Positions 14,706 through 24,544 of a DNA stretch of 38,059 bases are shown here, one piece after another. The translations under genes were made by a program, and so were the position numbers. Source of the stretch: Clostridioides phage AR1074-1; sequence record OR397123.1. One strand, written 5' to 3'. The notes under the pieces were generated by a model, which worked only from the letters and a program-made list of their open reading frames with translations, did no database searches and was not told the DNA's origin. Positions within the stretch are counted from its first letter, which is position 1, and the number at the start of each line of letters is the position of its first letter.

Positions 14706-15587
14706 TTATATAGGTAACATATCATTTTGTATAGATATATTAACCTCATTAAATTTTTCTATTTTTCTAACAACTTCATCTATTGCCCCTTGCACATTCG
14801 TAGCAGTAAGATTACTTGTTGCATTATTATAACTTGTTTTCTCTGCTGTTGTTTCTATTTTTGCTAACTCTTCTTTTACTTTGTTTATTTCATTTAATAA
14901 GTTTCCAGCTGCATCCTCATCCAAAATATCTTTTATACTTTCAAACCAAATGTTAAACTCTGATACAAAATTTGTTGTTGTAGTGTTATACCAATCTTCT
15001 TGTTTATTCTCTTGATTTTCCCGCCAAACATTGAAATTACTTATTTCTTCATCTTTCCAAGTATTTAGTTGTGCAAGTAATGTTGTTGTGTCTATTTCTT
15101 CTATCGTGCCTTTTACAATTCCACACAAATTTTTATCTAATCTTAAATCTGTTATAGAACTTTGTGTAATACTTATTGCTCCAGCTCTGATATAAATATC
15201 AGCTAATCCAAGTTCGTACGCATCTGCATCACGTTGTAATTCTGTTGCAACTGGGGAACTATTAAAAGTACATTTTTTAACAGCTAATTTAATATTTCTA
15301 TTTAAAGTATCAAATCTTAAAACTACTCTGTCTATTCTATTTAAAATTCCATCTGCGGGGTCTATATTAATTACTAAATCGTCTGTGTTTATATAGATAG
15401 CTCCGTTAATCCAGCCCTTGCCTTTTTTTACTGTTATAGTCATATTATTATTATCTACAACTTGCAAATTGCTACTTGGATTAGGGAATACACCATTACC
15501 TATAAAACTAGCAAAATATTCTCTAAAGTCCTCTGCCTTGTATCTCCTATCGCCATTTACACTATTAAATACAAAACTTTTTTCCAT
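14706..15587 (-). CDS. Baseplate protein (BppU-like upper baseplate component, by size and synteny)
   Basis: 293 aa between the Tal-like and receptor-binding genes. Order and sizes (Dit 288, Tal 359, BppU-like 293, RBP 560) mirror lactococcal p2-type baseplates. Confidence 0.45.
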   Translation of the reverse strand: MEKSFVFNSVNGDRRYKAEDFREYFASFIGNGVFPNPSSNLQVVDNNNMTITVKKGKGWINGAIYINTDDLVINIDPADGILNRIDRVVLRFDTLNRNIKLAVKKCTFNSSPVATELQRDADAYELGLADIYIRAGAISITQSSITDLRLDKNLCGIVKGTIEEIDTTTLLAQLNTWKDEEISNFNVWRENQENKQEDWYNTTTTNFVSEFNIWFESIKDILDEDAAGNLLNEINKVKEELAKIETTAEKTSYNNATSNLTATNVQGAIDEVVRKIEKFNEVNISIQNDMLPI

Positions 15588-16666
15588 TATTTCACCATCC
15601 TTTTTATTTTTGAAAATAAGGTTGGTATGCTGCTCCCAAACGTAATTTTTAATTTCATCCCATTTTTACTATAGCTTTCTTGTACTTCTACAATTCTAGT
15701 ATCCATTGTTACTTTCAATTTTCTATCTTGAACTGTAACAATATCCCCTAGTTTGTAGTCTTTTTCATACATAAAAGTATTTTTAGGGTCTATTTCTAAT
15801 TCAAAACTTTTTAACTCTTCATATTCTTTTAATTTAATTTCTCCTTCTTTTTGTAGTATGCTTATAGTATTTTCACTTACATCTGCAAAGACTTCGTTTC
15901 TCTCAAAACCTTCAACCTCACCAGTTGAAATTACCAGTTTTGTCGCGTCTTCTCTTGCTCCAGCATACACAACATTTTTAGAGTTAATTATACTTTCTGT
16001 AAAGTGTCTAGCTCTTATGTTATTAAAATCACTTCTAAAAATAACCGGCGGGTTTTCTGTTTGATTAATAGTCAAATCTTTACCAGTAATTACGTCAAAA
16101 ATAAATTTCTTTTTATTAGCATCCAACACTACCTCCCAACCAAGCCCACAAAATTCTGATATTTCTTGAATTTTATCACTTAAATTTTCGTAAGAACTTC
16201 GCCACATATCAGCACTTCCAAGATTTTTGTTTTCTGAAATGATAAGATTATCAATTACACGTTTTGGATTTGAAGGGTCTACGCAGTTATTATTAACAAA
16301 AGCTTTTATAATTTCTTCTTGTGTCCCTTCGTGACTTTCGAAAGCTTCTCCAGTGTCGGGTATGATGAGCCTTCTATTTAACAAGCCTTTTAAATCCACG
16401 CCTTTAACAGATAAAATGTCGCTTTTTTCTCCTGTTTCGGTGTACATGAACTCTCGATGAAGTATCAAACAAACTTTATTATAATTTTTACCAAGTAGAA
16501 TTATATTATTTTTAACTAATTTATCTACATGATTTTTATTAGCATTTATTTTTAAACTAAACTCTCCTACTTTGTGGAATTTTTTAATAATCTGTAATTC
16601 TTCGTAATTATCTATTTCAGCTATTAAATTTATATTTTTATCTAGTATTCTTATGCTCTGCTGCAT
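15587..16666 (-). CDS. Tail-associated protein Tal (short form, gp27-like N-terminal domain only)
   Basis: 359 aa immediately downstream of Dit. Size and position support the call; no C-terminal lysin extension. Confidence 0.5.
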   Translation of the reverse strand: MQQSIRILDKNINLIAEIDNYEELQIIKKFHKVGEFSLKINANKNHVDKLVKNNIILLGKNYNKVCLILHREFMYTETGEKSDILSVKGVDLKGLLNRRLIIPDTGEAFESHEGTQEEIIKAFVNNNCVDPSNPKRVIDNLIISENKNLGSADMWRSSYENLSDKIQEISEFCGLGWEVVLDANKKKFIFDVITGKDLTINQTENPPVIFRSDFNNIRARHFTESIINSKNVVYAGAREDATKLVISTGEVEGFERNEVFADVSENTISILQKEGEIKLKEYEELKSFELEIDPKNTFMYEKDYKLGDIVTVQDRKLKVTMDTRIVEVQESYSKNGMKLKITFGSSIPTLFSKIKRMVK

Positions 16667-16667
16667 A

Positions 16668-17534
16668 TTACACCCCCAAATAAAGTGGATTATAATATAT
16701 AGACATTTCTAAATTATCAATTCCTACGTCTGCGTCATATCTAAATAAATTGTCTCCAACTTCAAGTTGTAAAAATTCGCTATCCAAGTCAATCCAATTA
16801 AATACATTTATTCTTTCATAGTTTGATTTTACTAACTCTATTCTTTTATTTGCAAATTCTGTTGTTATTTCTAATAAGTCACCAGCTTCAAGGGTTCTGT
16901 TTATCTTAATATATTCTCTTGTGTTTACATTAAATAGGCTAGGATTATCAACTGTTGCAAGTGCTTTAAATTGTATTTTCATGCCACATTCAACGTCTCC
17001 GTTATTCACTACATTACAAATTAAATTACTTACCCTATGACCCATTTCTATTCCTTCATTACTTATTTCTAAAGTAAATTCGAAGTCACCAACCCATAAG
17101 GCGACTTCTTCTTTTAAAACAAACTCATCCATCCAAAATGGGCTTGGAGTTAAGAGCTGTATAAGAAACTTTTGCATCAATCTAACTGGTGTTTGAAATG
17201 TTATGTCTTGCACAACTCCTTTGACACGTTTAGTTAATGCGTTATTTGTATATATAAATTCCATTTCTCCTAATTTAGGATTAAACAAAGAGGTTAAATA
17301 TGCACGTTTTAATTCTAAATCTTCTTTATTTTTTGCATAAATAGCTGCTGAAATAGGAAGTAATCTCTCTTTTATGCTTATATCATCTATACTTACACCA
17401 TCACCTAGATTGTTCGAGACTGAAATATTAGCACTAGTATTTGCTCCGTTTTCTATTTTTTCTAACAAAAAAGGGCGTGAGTTTCCTAATTTAACTTCTT
17501 GCCCTTTCGAGTTTCTACATATTAATTTTTGCAA
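16668..17534 (-). CDS. Distal tail protein (Dit)
   Basis: 288 aa directly downstream of the tape measure gene, the canonical siphovirus position. Confidence 0.55.
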   Translation of the reverse strand: MQKLICRNSKGQEVKLGNSRPFLLEKIENGANTSANISVSNNLGDGVSIDDISIKERLLPISAAIYAKNKEDLELKRAYLTSLFNPKLGEMEFIYTNNALTKRVKGVVQDITFQTPVRLMQKFLIQLLTPSPFWMDEFVLKEEVALWVGDFEFTLEISNEGIEMGHRVSNLICNVVNNGDVECGMKIQFKALATVDNPSLFNVNTREYIKINRTLEAGDLLEITTEFANKRIELVKSNYERINVFNWIDLDSEFLQLEVGDNLFRYDADVGIDNLEMSIYYNPLYLGV

Positions 17535-17566
17535 GTTTCACACCCCTTTTTTTATAAACTATTTTT

Positions 17567-20500
17567 TTATAAACTAAATGCTAGACTTCTTATTGTTCTT
17601 TCGATTTCTCTTGCTGTGTTTGAGTCTGTACTATTAACGTTTACATTATAATTCGCTGTTCTTGAATTATTATTATAAGTTGCTTCTCTTCTTCCCGAAT
17701 TTGAATTAGCTGCTGAATTTCCTTTTCTAATATCGCTATTTAAACTCAATGCTTCATTTCTAGCATTATTTATTTCTCTTGTAATACTATCAATTAGATT
17801 TTTAATTTCGTTTATGGCAGGCTTAAATCCTTCAAGTAATTTTTCACCTAGAGTTTGACCTGCATTTTTATATGCATCTGAATAACTATTTAATAACGCA
17901 ACTATTTCTTTTTGATTTTTATCCATTATCAATTTTTCAGCTTCTGCTTGAAGTTTTGATTCTTTTATTCTTTCATCATAGAACTTTTTAGCGTCTTCAA
18001 GTCTTTTATTATAATATTCCTTTTCGCTTTCATAGATTTGATTTATATTTTCTATTTCGTCTTTTTTCTTTTCTTCTAATTCTTCTTTTCTCTTTTTTAA
18101 AGCTTCTTTTTTATCTTCTATTTCTTGTTGCTCTATTCTTTTTTTTCTTTCAGCTAAAACCTTCTCTAGTTCTTTTTGCAACTGTTCTTTGTTAGTATCA
18201 TCATGTTCAAACTTTATAGCTGTTTTAATTTCTTCTATTTTGTTTAATTCTTCTTTGTCTTGTTCAAGTCTATCTTTTTCCTTTTCAGCTTTTTCAAAAG
18301 CTTCTAATTCGTTGTCAATAGCTTTAATTTTCGCATCATAGACACTATTAATTCTATCTATACTTTCTTCCTTCCATTTATCTAGTGCGTCTAACTCTTT
18401 TTTTATACTCGCTTGCTGTGCTTCGTATTCTTGTTTGTATTTTTCTTTCAGCGCATCAACTATTGCTTTTGTTAAGTCATCAACTTTTTTTACAAACTCT
18501 TGTCTGTCTTGTAACTCTTTATTCAACTGTTCTTTAGCTGAATTTGCTATCTCTTTTAGCTGTTCAACTTCTTTTTCTTTTTGTTCTTTTCTTAGTGCTA
18601 TCGCTTCTTTTATTTTTTCTTTTTTAGCTGCATATTCTTCTTTCAATGCGTCTTTAGCGTCACCTTTTACTTTTTTAAGCGCTGCTTTTTCTTGTTTAGA
18701 TAATTCGTCTATTTGTTTATTAAATAGTTTTATATCTTCTTCGCATGCTTTTGTAGCTTTCTTTGTTTCTTCTTCTATAATCTTTGTTATCTTTTCAGTT
18801 GCTTTTTTGACCGAGTCGCTATTATTAGCAATCCCTTGTGCTAAACCTTCATCAACGAATTTACCAATCTCAGCCATAACACGAGATGGAGAATGTATTC
18901 CTAACACTTTTCTAACCGCATCAGCAGCCTTTTGCCCTAGTTTTTTGGCTTCGTCTACTACTTTATAAGCAAAGCCGGATATACCATTCGCTAAGCCGCT
19001 TACAAAATCTTTACCAACTTGCAGGAACTTGCTTGGGAACTCTTTTATTTTGTTTACAACATCAGTCCCGACTTTTTGAGATGCATTAACAGCATCTTGT
19101 TTTTTTGAGTCTATACCTTCTCTTAGTCTTGTAAACATGTCGATAGCTGCTTGTTTTAACTTGGCTGGAAGTGTTTTAAAAAATGTAATGACATTATTCC
19201 AAGTCGTCACAATGTTATTTTTAATTTCTCCTAGTTTTGTTGTTACAGCTGTTTTCATGCTTTCCCACGCATTTGTAAGAGTTGACTTTATATTTTCCCA
19301 AGTGTTGGAGCAAATTGTTTTTAGCCCTTCCCAAGCAGTCGAACATGTCGACTTTATATTTTCCCATATATTGCTTAGAGTTTGCGTTATAGACTCCCAA
19401 ATGGTTATTGCAGTACTTTTCATACTTTCCCACATACCAGAAAGTAAATCACCTATTGCGGCTAATGCATTGTTAAATACTTCTTTTATAGATTCCCACG
19501 TATTCGAAAGTCCTTGTTTTATATTTTCCCAAATTTGCAAAGCGTCTGTTTTTAACTTATCAAAATTTCCTGTTACAACATCTAAAATTAATAAAACCGC
19601 TCCAAGCACCACATTTTTTATAACTTCCCAAACATTATTAAAAAGCTCTTTTATACTATCAAAAATAAGTTTTAATTTTTCGATAAAGGGTGCAAATTTT
19701 TCTTCTAATTGTTGTTTTATAGCATCCCAAGCATTACTAAAAATAAGTTTTATACTTTCCCAAGTTGTTTGAAAAAATAATTTTATAGACTCCCATTTCT
19801 CGCTTATGCCTTGTTTTATTTCTTCTATTTTTAAGCTGATACTTTCTTTTATTTCTGTCCACTTATTTGTAACAGTAAGCTTTATATTATCCCATAAAAG
19901 GACTGTATTTTCTTTTAAATTAGCCCATCCAATAGATATTTTTTCTTTTAAGCCTTCTACCCAGTTCCCCGCTATGTCGTCCCATTCTTGCATCTTACCT
20001 TTTACCGTATCATTTAAAACTTGCCATTTCGACTTAATTTCTCCTGTTGTCCAATCAACTTTATTCGCTTGATTTTCTGCTTGTTTCTGTGCTTCTGCAA
20101 CGACTCCTTGATGCATTTCTTTTGCTTTATTTATTGATTCGTCTTTTTGTCTTGTTGCTTCTTCTACTACTTTATCCGCTAACTTTTCATTTTCTGCGCC
20201 ACCCTCTGTTCTAAGCTGTGCGGCTATTTTTAATCTTTCGTTATATTCTTCATTAGCTGCTTTTATACTTTCGTCTTTTTTCTTTATTGAGTTTTTAACT
20301 ACTTCCGCAGCTTCTTTAGCTGACAAATCAACATGATTTGCTTTCATTCTTTCCATTATTGCAGCTTGCTCTGCTTCGCTTTTACTCATTGTGTCAACTG
20401 CGGTATTTAGCATATCTGTTTTTATTTGATTTATCTCTGCTGATTCTTCTTTTGTTAATGTTCTGTGTTCTTGACTAGCTTTAGTCATTATCTGATTTAC

Positions 20501-22768
20501 TTTTTCATTGCTCTTTTTTATCTTTTCTTCTTTGCTTGAATACGCTTCTTCAGTATTTTTTATTAACTCTTCTTTTTCTTTGTCACTTAAATTTTTAGAA
20601 GTTGCAAACATTTCTTGCAAAGACTGAATACCTTGCTCTTTACTCTCTTGAAGTTTAGCAATGATTTGATTTGACATTTCTGTAAAATTAGATACTATTG
20701 ATTGTTTCATTTTCTCTGAAACAGTCTCACCACTCCACATTAATTGATTTAAAGATATTGTTGTCTTTTCCTCTAAATCCATAAAAGCGCCTACAGCTTC
20801 TTTTGTAGATTCTGATACACTTTTACCAAAACGGCTAATTGGCTCTATAGCATCCTTTGACATGTCTTTAGCGACTGTTGCAACCGATATGCCTAGCGCA
20901 GTAATTCCAGCTATAGCTACAGCTGCGGGGCTTGATAATGCACCTAAAATTGCAGCTAAAGCACCAACAGCTGGAGTTGCTGCGGCTGCTCCTGTCGTTA
21001 CGACTGCCATTGCTGCTGAAAAAGTCCCAAAAGCTCCTACGACCCCACCAATCATACCAATTATTTTTCCACCAATCAATAAAACTGGTCCGAGTGCCGC
21101 TGCTAATCCTGCTATTTTAACTATAGTTTCTACCGTGCTAGGCTTCATTTCGTTTAATTTATTTGTAAGATTTTGAAACCAGCTAACCGCTTGCGCTATG
21201 CTAGGTTTTAAGGCATCATATATCTTAAGTCCCAATTCCTCAATAGCTGACATTAAAGCAGTTATAGAACCCTTGTTATTGTTTTGCATAGTCTTAGCCA
21301 TTTTATCTAACGCACCTGTACTATTGCCAACTTTTTTTTCAAGTTCTGAATATTCTTCTCCAACTCCGGACAAAAGAGCCTGTAAAGTAGATATTTGTGT
21401 TTTTCCACCTATCATAGATAGATACATTGTTCGTTGTTCTTCTGTCATGTCTTTTGTTTTTTCTTTAAGTTCCATCAAGACATTAGCCATGCCTTTAAAT
21501 TTTCCGTTAGAGTCAAAAGCGCTTAGTCCTAACTTCTCCATCGCTACGCCGGCTTGACCAGCTCCACTCGTCAAATTTATCATAATTGAATTTAAAGAGT
21601 TTCCTGCCTCGCTGCCTTTTAGTCCTCTGTTTGCAAGTATTCCAAGCAGTGCATTAGCTTCCGAAAGAGGTACGTTTAAATTTTTAAAAGTACCTCCAGA
21701 CACAATCATAGCTTCCATAAGTGCGTCAATGTTAGTGTTTGAACTTGCGGCAGTTTTAGCAACTTGGTCTAAGTAAGTTGGTAACTCTTTTACACTAAGT
21801 CCAAGTGATGACATAGAGTCGGTTACTAAATCCGAGGTTCTTGCCAAATCAAGGTTTCCAGCTTCCGACAATCGCAAAACAGGCATTAAAGCCTCCATTG
21901 ATGTTTTTGCATCCCATCCAGCCAAAGCCATATATCCAAGCGCATCCGCTGCGTCTTTAGCTGTTTTTGATGTAGAAGCCCCTGCTTCTCTAGCTGCTTT
22001 TTCAAGTTGAACCATTTCGTCAGCTGTTGCCCCACTCAATCCTTGTACATTTGACATAGATGCTTCAAAATCCATTCCAAGTTTACTAGCCGCTGCTCCG
22101 ACTGCTAGAATAGGAGCAGTAATACTCATAGTCATTTTTTTACCTACATCTTGCATTTGTTTTCCAGCCGAGCTGAATTTATTACCTATTTCAGTCATTT
22201 TAGTTGCCAACTGATTCCATTTATTTTCCTGCTGATTTATTCTTTCTGTTGTGTCATCTAGTTCTGAACGCATTTCAGAAAGTCTCGACTCTGCATTATT
22301 AACTCGAATAGACCAATTATCAACCGCTGCCGAGTTAGACCTTATTTTTTCTTCATTTTTAGCATATTCTTGTTCTAAACTATCAAGTTCAGATTTTAAT
22401 CTTTTTGTTTCTTCTGCATTTTCACCTAACGTCGCTTTGCTCTGTTCGTAAGCACTCTTAGCTTGATTAACTTTTTCTTTAAGTTCAACTTGCTTTTGTG
22501 CTGTGTTGCTTAAAGTTGTTTTACTTTCATTTAGTTTATTTTTATATGCTTCAACTACTTTAGTTTGCTGCTGTATAGTACTAGATAACATTTGTTGCTT
22601 AGATTTCAAACCATCAAGACTTGTTCCAAAATTTTTCACTCCAGCGCCAGAATTTTTAAACTCGCTTCTTATTAACTTCATTTGCCTATTTAGATTATTA
22701 ACACCTTGCTGAAATGAACTATTTTCCATAGCGACCCGAACAACTAATTCACCTACATCTTCCGCCAT
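17567..22768 (-). CDS. Tail tape measure protein
   Basis: 1733 aa. Contains N-terminal coiled coils, a hydrophobic Gly/Ala-rich membrane segment (around residues 560-640), a block of tandem roughly 11-residue WESIK/WENIK repeats, and a C-terminal Lys/Glu-rich coiled coil. Confidence 0.9.
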   Translation of the reverse strand: MAEDVGELVVRVAMENSSFQQGVNNLNRQMKLIRSEFKNSGAGVKNFGTSLDGLKSKQQMLSSTIQQQTKVVEAYKNKLNESKTTLSNTAQKQVELKEKVNQAKSAYEQSKATLGENAEETKRLKSELDSLEQEYAKNEEKIRSNSAAVDNWSIRVNNAESRLSEMRSELDDTTERINQQENKWNQLATKMTEIGNKFSSAGKQMQDVGKKMTMSITAPILAVGAAASKLGMDFEASMSNVQGLSGATADEMVQLEKAAREAGASTSKTAKDAADALGYMALAGWDAKTSMEALMPVLRLSEAGNLDLARTSDLVTDSMSSLGLSVKELPTYLDQVAKTAASSNTNIDALMEAMIVSGGTFKNLNVPLSEANALLGILANRGLKGSEAGNSLNSIMINLTSGAGQAGVAMEKLGLSAFDSNGKFKGMANVLMELKEKTKDMTEEQRTMYLSMIGGKTQISTLQALLSGVGEEYSELEKKVGNSTGALDKMAKTMQNNNKGSITALMSAIEELGLKIYDALKPSIAQAVSWFQNLTNKLNEMKPSTVETIVKIAGLAAALGPVLLIGGKIIGMIGGVVGAFGTFSAAMAVVTTGAAAATPAVGALAAILGALSSPAAVAIAGITALGISVATVAKDMSKDAIEPISRFGKSVSESTKEAVGAFMDLEEKTTISLNQLMWSGETVSEKMKQSIVSNFTEMSNQIIAKLQESKEQGIQSLQEMFATSKNLSDKEKEELIKNTEEAYSSKEEKIKKSNEKVNQIMTKASQEHRTLTKEESAEINQIKTDMLNTAVDTMSKSEAEQAAIMERMKANHVDLSAKEAAEVVKNSIKKKDESIKAANEEYNERLKIAAQLRTEGGAENEKLADKVVEEATRQKDESINKAKEMHQGVVAEAQKQAENQANKVDWTTGEIKSKWQVLNDTVKGKMQEWDDIAGNWVEGLKEKISIGWANLKENTVLLWDNIKLTVTNKWTEIKESISLKIEEIKQGISEKWESIKLFFQTTWESIKLIFSNAWDAIKQQLEEKFAPFIEKLKLIFDSIKELFNNVWEVIKNVVLGAVLLILDVVTGNFDKLKTDALQIWENIKQGLSNTWESIKEVFNNALAAIGDLLSGMWESMKSTAITIWESITQTLSNIWENIKSTCSTAWEGLKTICSNTWENIKSTLTNAWESMKTAVTTKLGEIKNNIVTTWNNVITFFKTLPAKLKQAAIDMFTRLREGIDSKKQDAVNASQKVGTDVVNKIKEFPSKFLQVGKDFVSGLANGISGFAYKVVDEAKKLGQKAADAVRKVLGIHSPSRVMAEIGKFVDEGLAQGIANNSDSVKKATEKITKIIEEETKKATKACEEDIKLFNKQIDELSKQEKAALKKVKGDAKDALKEEYAAKKEKIKEAIALRKEQKEKEVEQLKEIANSAKEQLNKELQDRQEFVKKVDDLTKAIVDALKEKYKQEYEAQQASIKKELDALDKWKEESIDRINSVYDAKIKAIDNELEAFEKAEKEKDRLEQDKEELNKIEEIKTAIKFEHDDTNKEQLQKELEKVLAERKKRIEQQEIEDKKEALKKRKEELEEKKKDEIENINQIYESEKEYYNKRLEDAKKFYDERIKESKLQAEAEKLIMDKNQKEIVALLNSYSDAYKNAGQTLGEKLLEGFKPAINEIKNLIDSITREINNARNEALSLNSDIRKGNSAANSNSGRREATYNNNSRTANYNVNVNSTDSNTAREIERTIRSLAFSL

Positions 22769-22836
22769 TCTCTCACCTCACTTGCAAAAAAATAAACCAA
22801 GATTTTTATCTTGGTTTATTTTATATAAAACTTATA

Positions 22837-23055
22837 TTAAATTAATTTTCTTCCGCAAAATGGACAATATTTAATAGTTTCCTTACTACTGATTCCTAAA
22901 TAGTCGTAACTTGCTCCTGTTAGAAAATGCTTTCCGTTTTTAAGTTCTATATACATATCTATGTCGGAGTCGTTAGTTAATAATTCACCTCTTACAACTG
23001 TATCATACATGCTAAACGGTTCTGTATTAATTTTAACTTCACAGTACTTACACAT
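22837..23055 (-). CDS. Small zinc-ribbon protein inserted between the tail chaperone and the tape measure gene
   Basis: 72 aa with CKYC...CPFCGRK (CxxC...CxxC). An unusual extra gene at the G/T-TMP junction. Confidence 0.5.
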   Translation of the reverse strand: MCKYCEVKINTEPFSMYDTVVRGELLTNDSDIDMYIELKNGKHFLTGASYDYLGISSKETIKYCPFCGRKLI

Positions 23056-23067
23056 ACACTCACATCC

Positions 23068-23316
23068 TTATAACCAGCTTATCTGGTCAATATAAACATC
23101 ATTTTCATTTGGATTATTATTATCTTTTTTATTCTCTTTCATATACACAAGTATATCTAAATAATAAAATATATCCATGTTGTCTATGTCCGTCATGCTC
23201 CAATTTTTTTCAAATAAAAACATGCTATATAAATCTTTTATAAAATCACGTGGAGATAGATACCTATTTTCTTTATTAGAATTATTTTCTGTATCTTCTC
23301 CATTACCTAGTTTTTT
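23068..23316 (-). CDS. gpT-like -1 frameshift extension of the tail chaperone (G-T fusion; slippery heptamer A_AAA_AAC at 23316-23310)
   Basis: The -1 frame is open from the slippery site for 81 codons to TAA at 23070-23068, with no initiating ATG or RBS (KLGNGEDTENNSNKENRYLSPRDFIKDLYSMFLFEKNWSMTDIDNMDIFYYLDILVYMKENKKDNNNPNENDVYIDQISWL). Classic G/GT arrangement upstream of the TMP. Confidence 0.6.
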   Translation of the reverse strand, partial: KKLGNGEDTENNSNKENRYLSPRDFIKDLYSMFLFEKNWSMTDIDNMDIFYYLDILVYMKENKKDNNNPNENDVYIDQISWL

Positions 23317-23594
23317 ACTTTTTCTTCGAAACCTCCACTTACTTTTGATAAATCTTCTAACGCTTTATTTATAAAATCACCAGCTGGATAAAAACCATCT
23401 AATAACTCATCTTTTGAAAATTGTTCCCCGTATATATCAACTGTAAAATCAAGCAATTCGCGGAATAATTCTGTAGAGTTAAGACCATCTTCGATTTTAT
23501 CGGTTAGTGTAAAAACTTTATCTAATTTTCTAAGTGCAATAGGAGGTGCTTTGAATATTTTTTCTTCTTCATTTATAGTTAATTTTATTTCCAT
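23307..23594 (-). CDS. Tail assembly chaperone (gpG-like), zero-frame product
   Basis: 95-aa acidic protein directly downstream of the major tail gene. The slippery site A_AAA_AAC lies at its last codons. Confidence 0.65.
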   Translation of the reverse strand: MEIKLTINEEEKIFKAPPIALRKLDKVFTLTDKIEDGLNSTELFRELLDFTVDIYGEQFSKDELLDGFYPAGDFINKALEDLSKVSGGFEEKVKN

Positions 23595-23608
23595 TTTTAA
23601 TTTTCTCC

Positions 23609-24205
23609 TTATTTATTTAAATTTGCTTTCGCTGGTGCTGTTGGTTTTACTCCTGTTTTTAAAAAATCTGTTGTAAAAAATTGCGCATTAGTAGGTGCAT
23701 TTTCGACGTCCGTATCTGCGGTTATTTTATGTCTACCATCATGTATTCTTGGCATAAATTTAAGTTTAATCTTTTGTGATTGAAATTCGATTTTATCCTC
23801 TTTTGTTTTTGCTTCTTCTTCGAAAGGTTCACACACGCCTTTAGTTAGCCAAACCATTCTACTCCCGTTTTGACTTTTTGGAGATTCAAAACCAAAAGCA
23901 AGATTCGGAGGCGCGAAATTTTTATCTTCTATCAGTACACCATCTTTATATTGGTATCCAAGGATAAGCGCACGTTCTTCTAATGTTAAGTCAGCGACCT
24001 CAATTTCCACCTCTATAGCTCCCATAGCCGAAGCAGTCTCTAAAAGCTGGTCATCCCCATAATTTTCAGCAGAATCAACCTTAGGTGATATTTTTACACT
24101 TTTAGCACCTGTTAATCTTGTTATTTTAGTATCGTATTCAAGTGTTTCCTCTGTATCTGTTAGTAGCTTTACAATTCTATAGTTTCTTAATCCTATAATA
24201 GCCAT
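23609..24205 (-). CDS. Major tail protein (phi13/TP901-1-like family)
   Basis: 198 aa at the canonical position upstream of the chaperones, with the composition typical of siphovirus tail tube proteins. Confidence 0.7.
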   Translation of the reverse strand: MAIIGLRNYRIVKLLTDTEETLEYDTKITRLTGAKSVKISPKVDSAENYGDDQLLETASAMGAIEVEIEVADLTLEERALILGYQYKDGVLIEDKNFAPPNLAFGFESPKSQNGSRMVWLTKGVCEPFEEEAKTKEDKIEFQSQKIKLKFMPRIHDGRHKITADTDVENAPTNAQFFTTDFLKTGVKPTAPAKANLNK

Positions 24206-24208
24206 TTC

Positions 24209-24544
24209 TTAATCCTCCTTTTTTTCTGCAAAAAATAAGAATCTAAAAATAGTATGGTAACTATAATCAGATTCTTTTATTTCGTGTATACTTCTTTTTA
24301 TAAAATTATTTTTTTTAAGAAGTCTTTCAATTTCTTTATTTATATAACTCATTTTATTCTTACTAAACAAATCTATTTGTATATAATGTTCTGTGCCTAC
24401 TACTTCATCATCAGCATAGCGGTTTTGTTCTAAATAACTAAAAAAAGTTATATATGTTTTTTCTTCTCCATCAAACCTTTGAAATGAAACAGGAATTTTT
24501 AAAGGTTTTAATGTTTCTATTACTAAATCATTTATATTAATCAT
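24209..24544 (-). CDS. Tail terminator / gp11-like head-tail joining protein
   Basis: 111 aa between the tail-completion gene and the major tail gene. Confidence 0.5.
   Translation of the reverse strand: MININDLVIETLKPLKIPVSFQRFDGEEKTYITFFSYLEQNRYADDEVVGTEHYIQIDLFSKNKMSYINKEIERLLKKNNFIKRSIHEIKESDYSYHTIFRFLFFAEKKED

Noticed and set aside
18435-21557. Multiple plus-strand ORFs (18435-18968, 19137-19772, 19806-20072, 20862-21176, 21198-21557 and others) inside the tape measure gene
   Set aside because: Antisense shadows of a 5.2-kb repetitive, biased-composition gene. Translations are Ser/Phe/Leu-rich with no RBS.
17567-24205. Phage tail-like bacteriocin (diffocin-type) instead of a phage
   Set aside because: Capsid, portal, protease and terminase genes are all present upstream, and the tail genes are siphovirus-type (TMP, Dit, Tal), so this is a complete phage rather than a tailocin.
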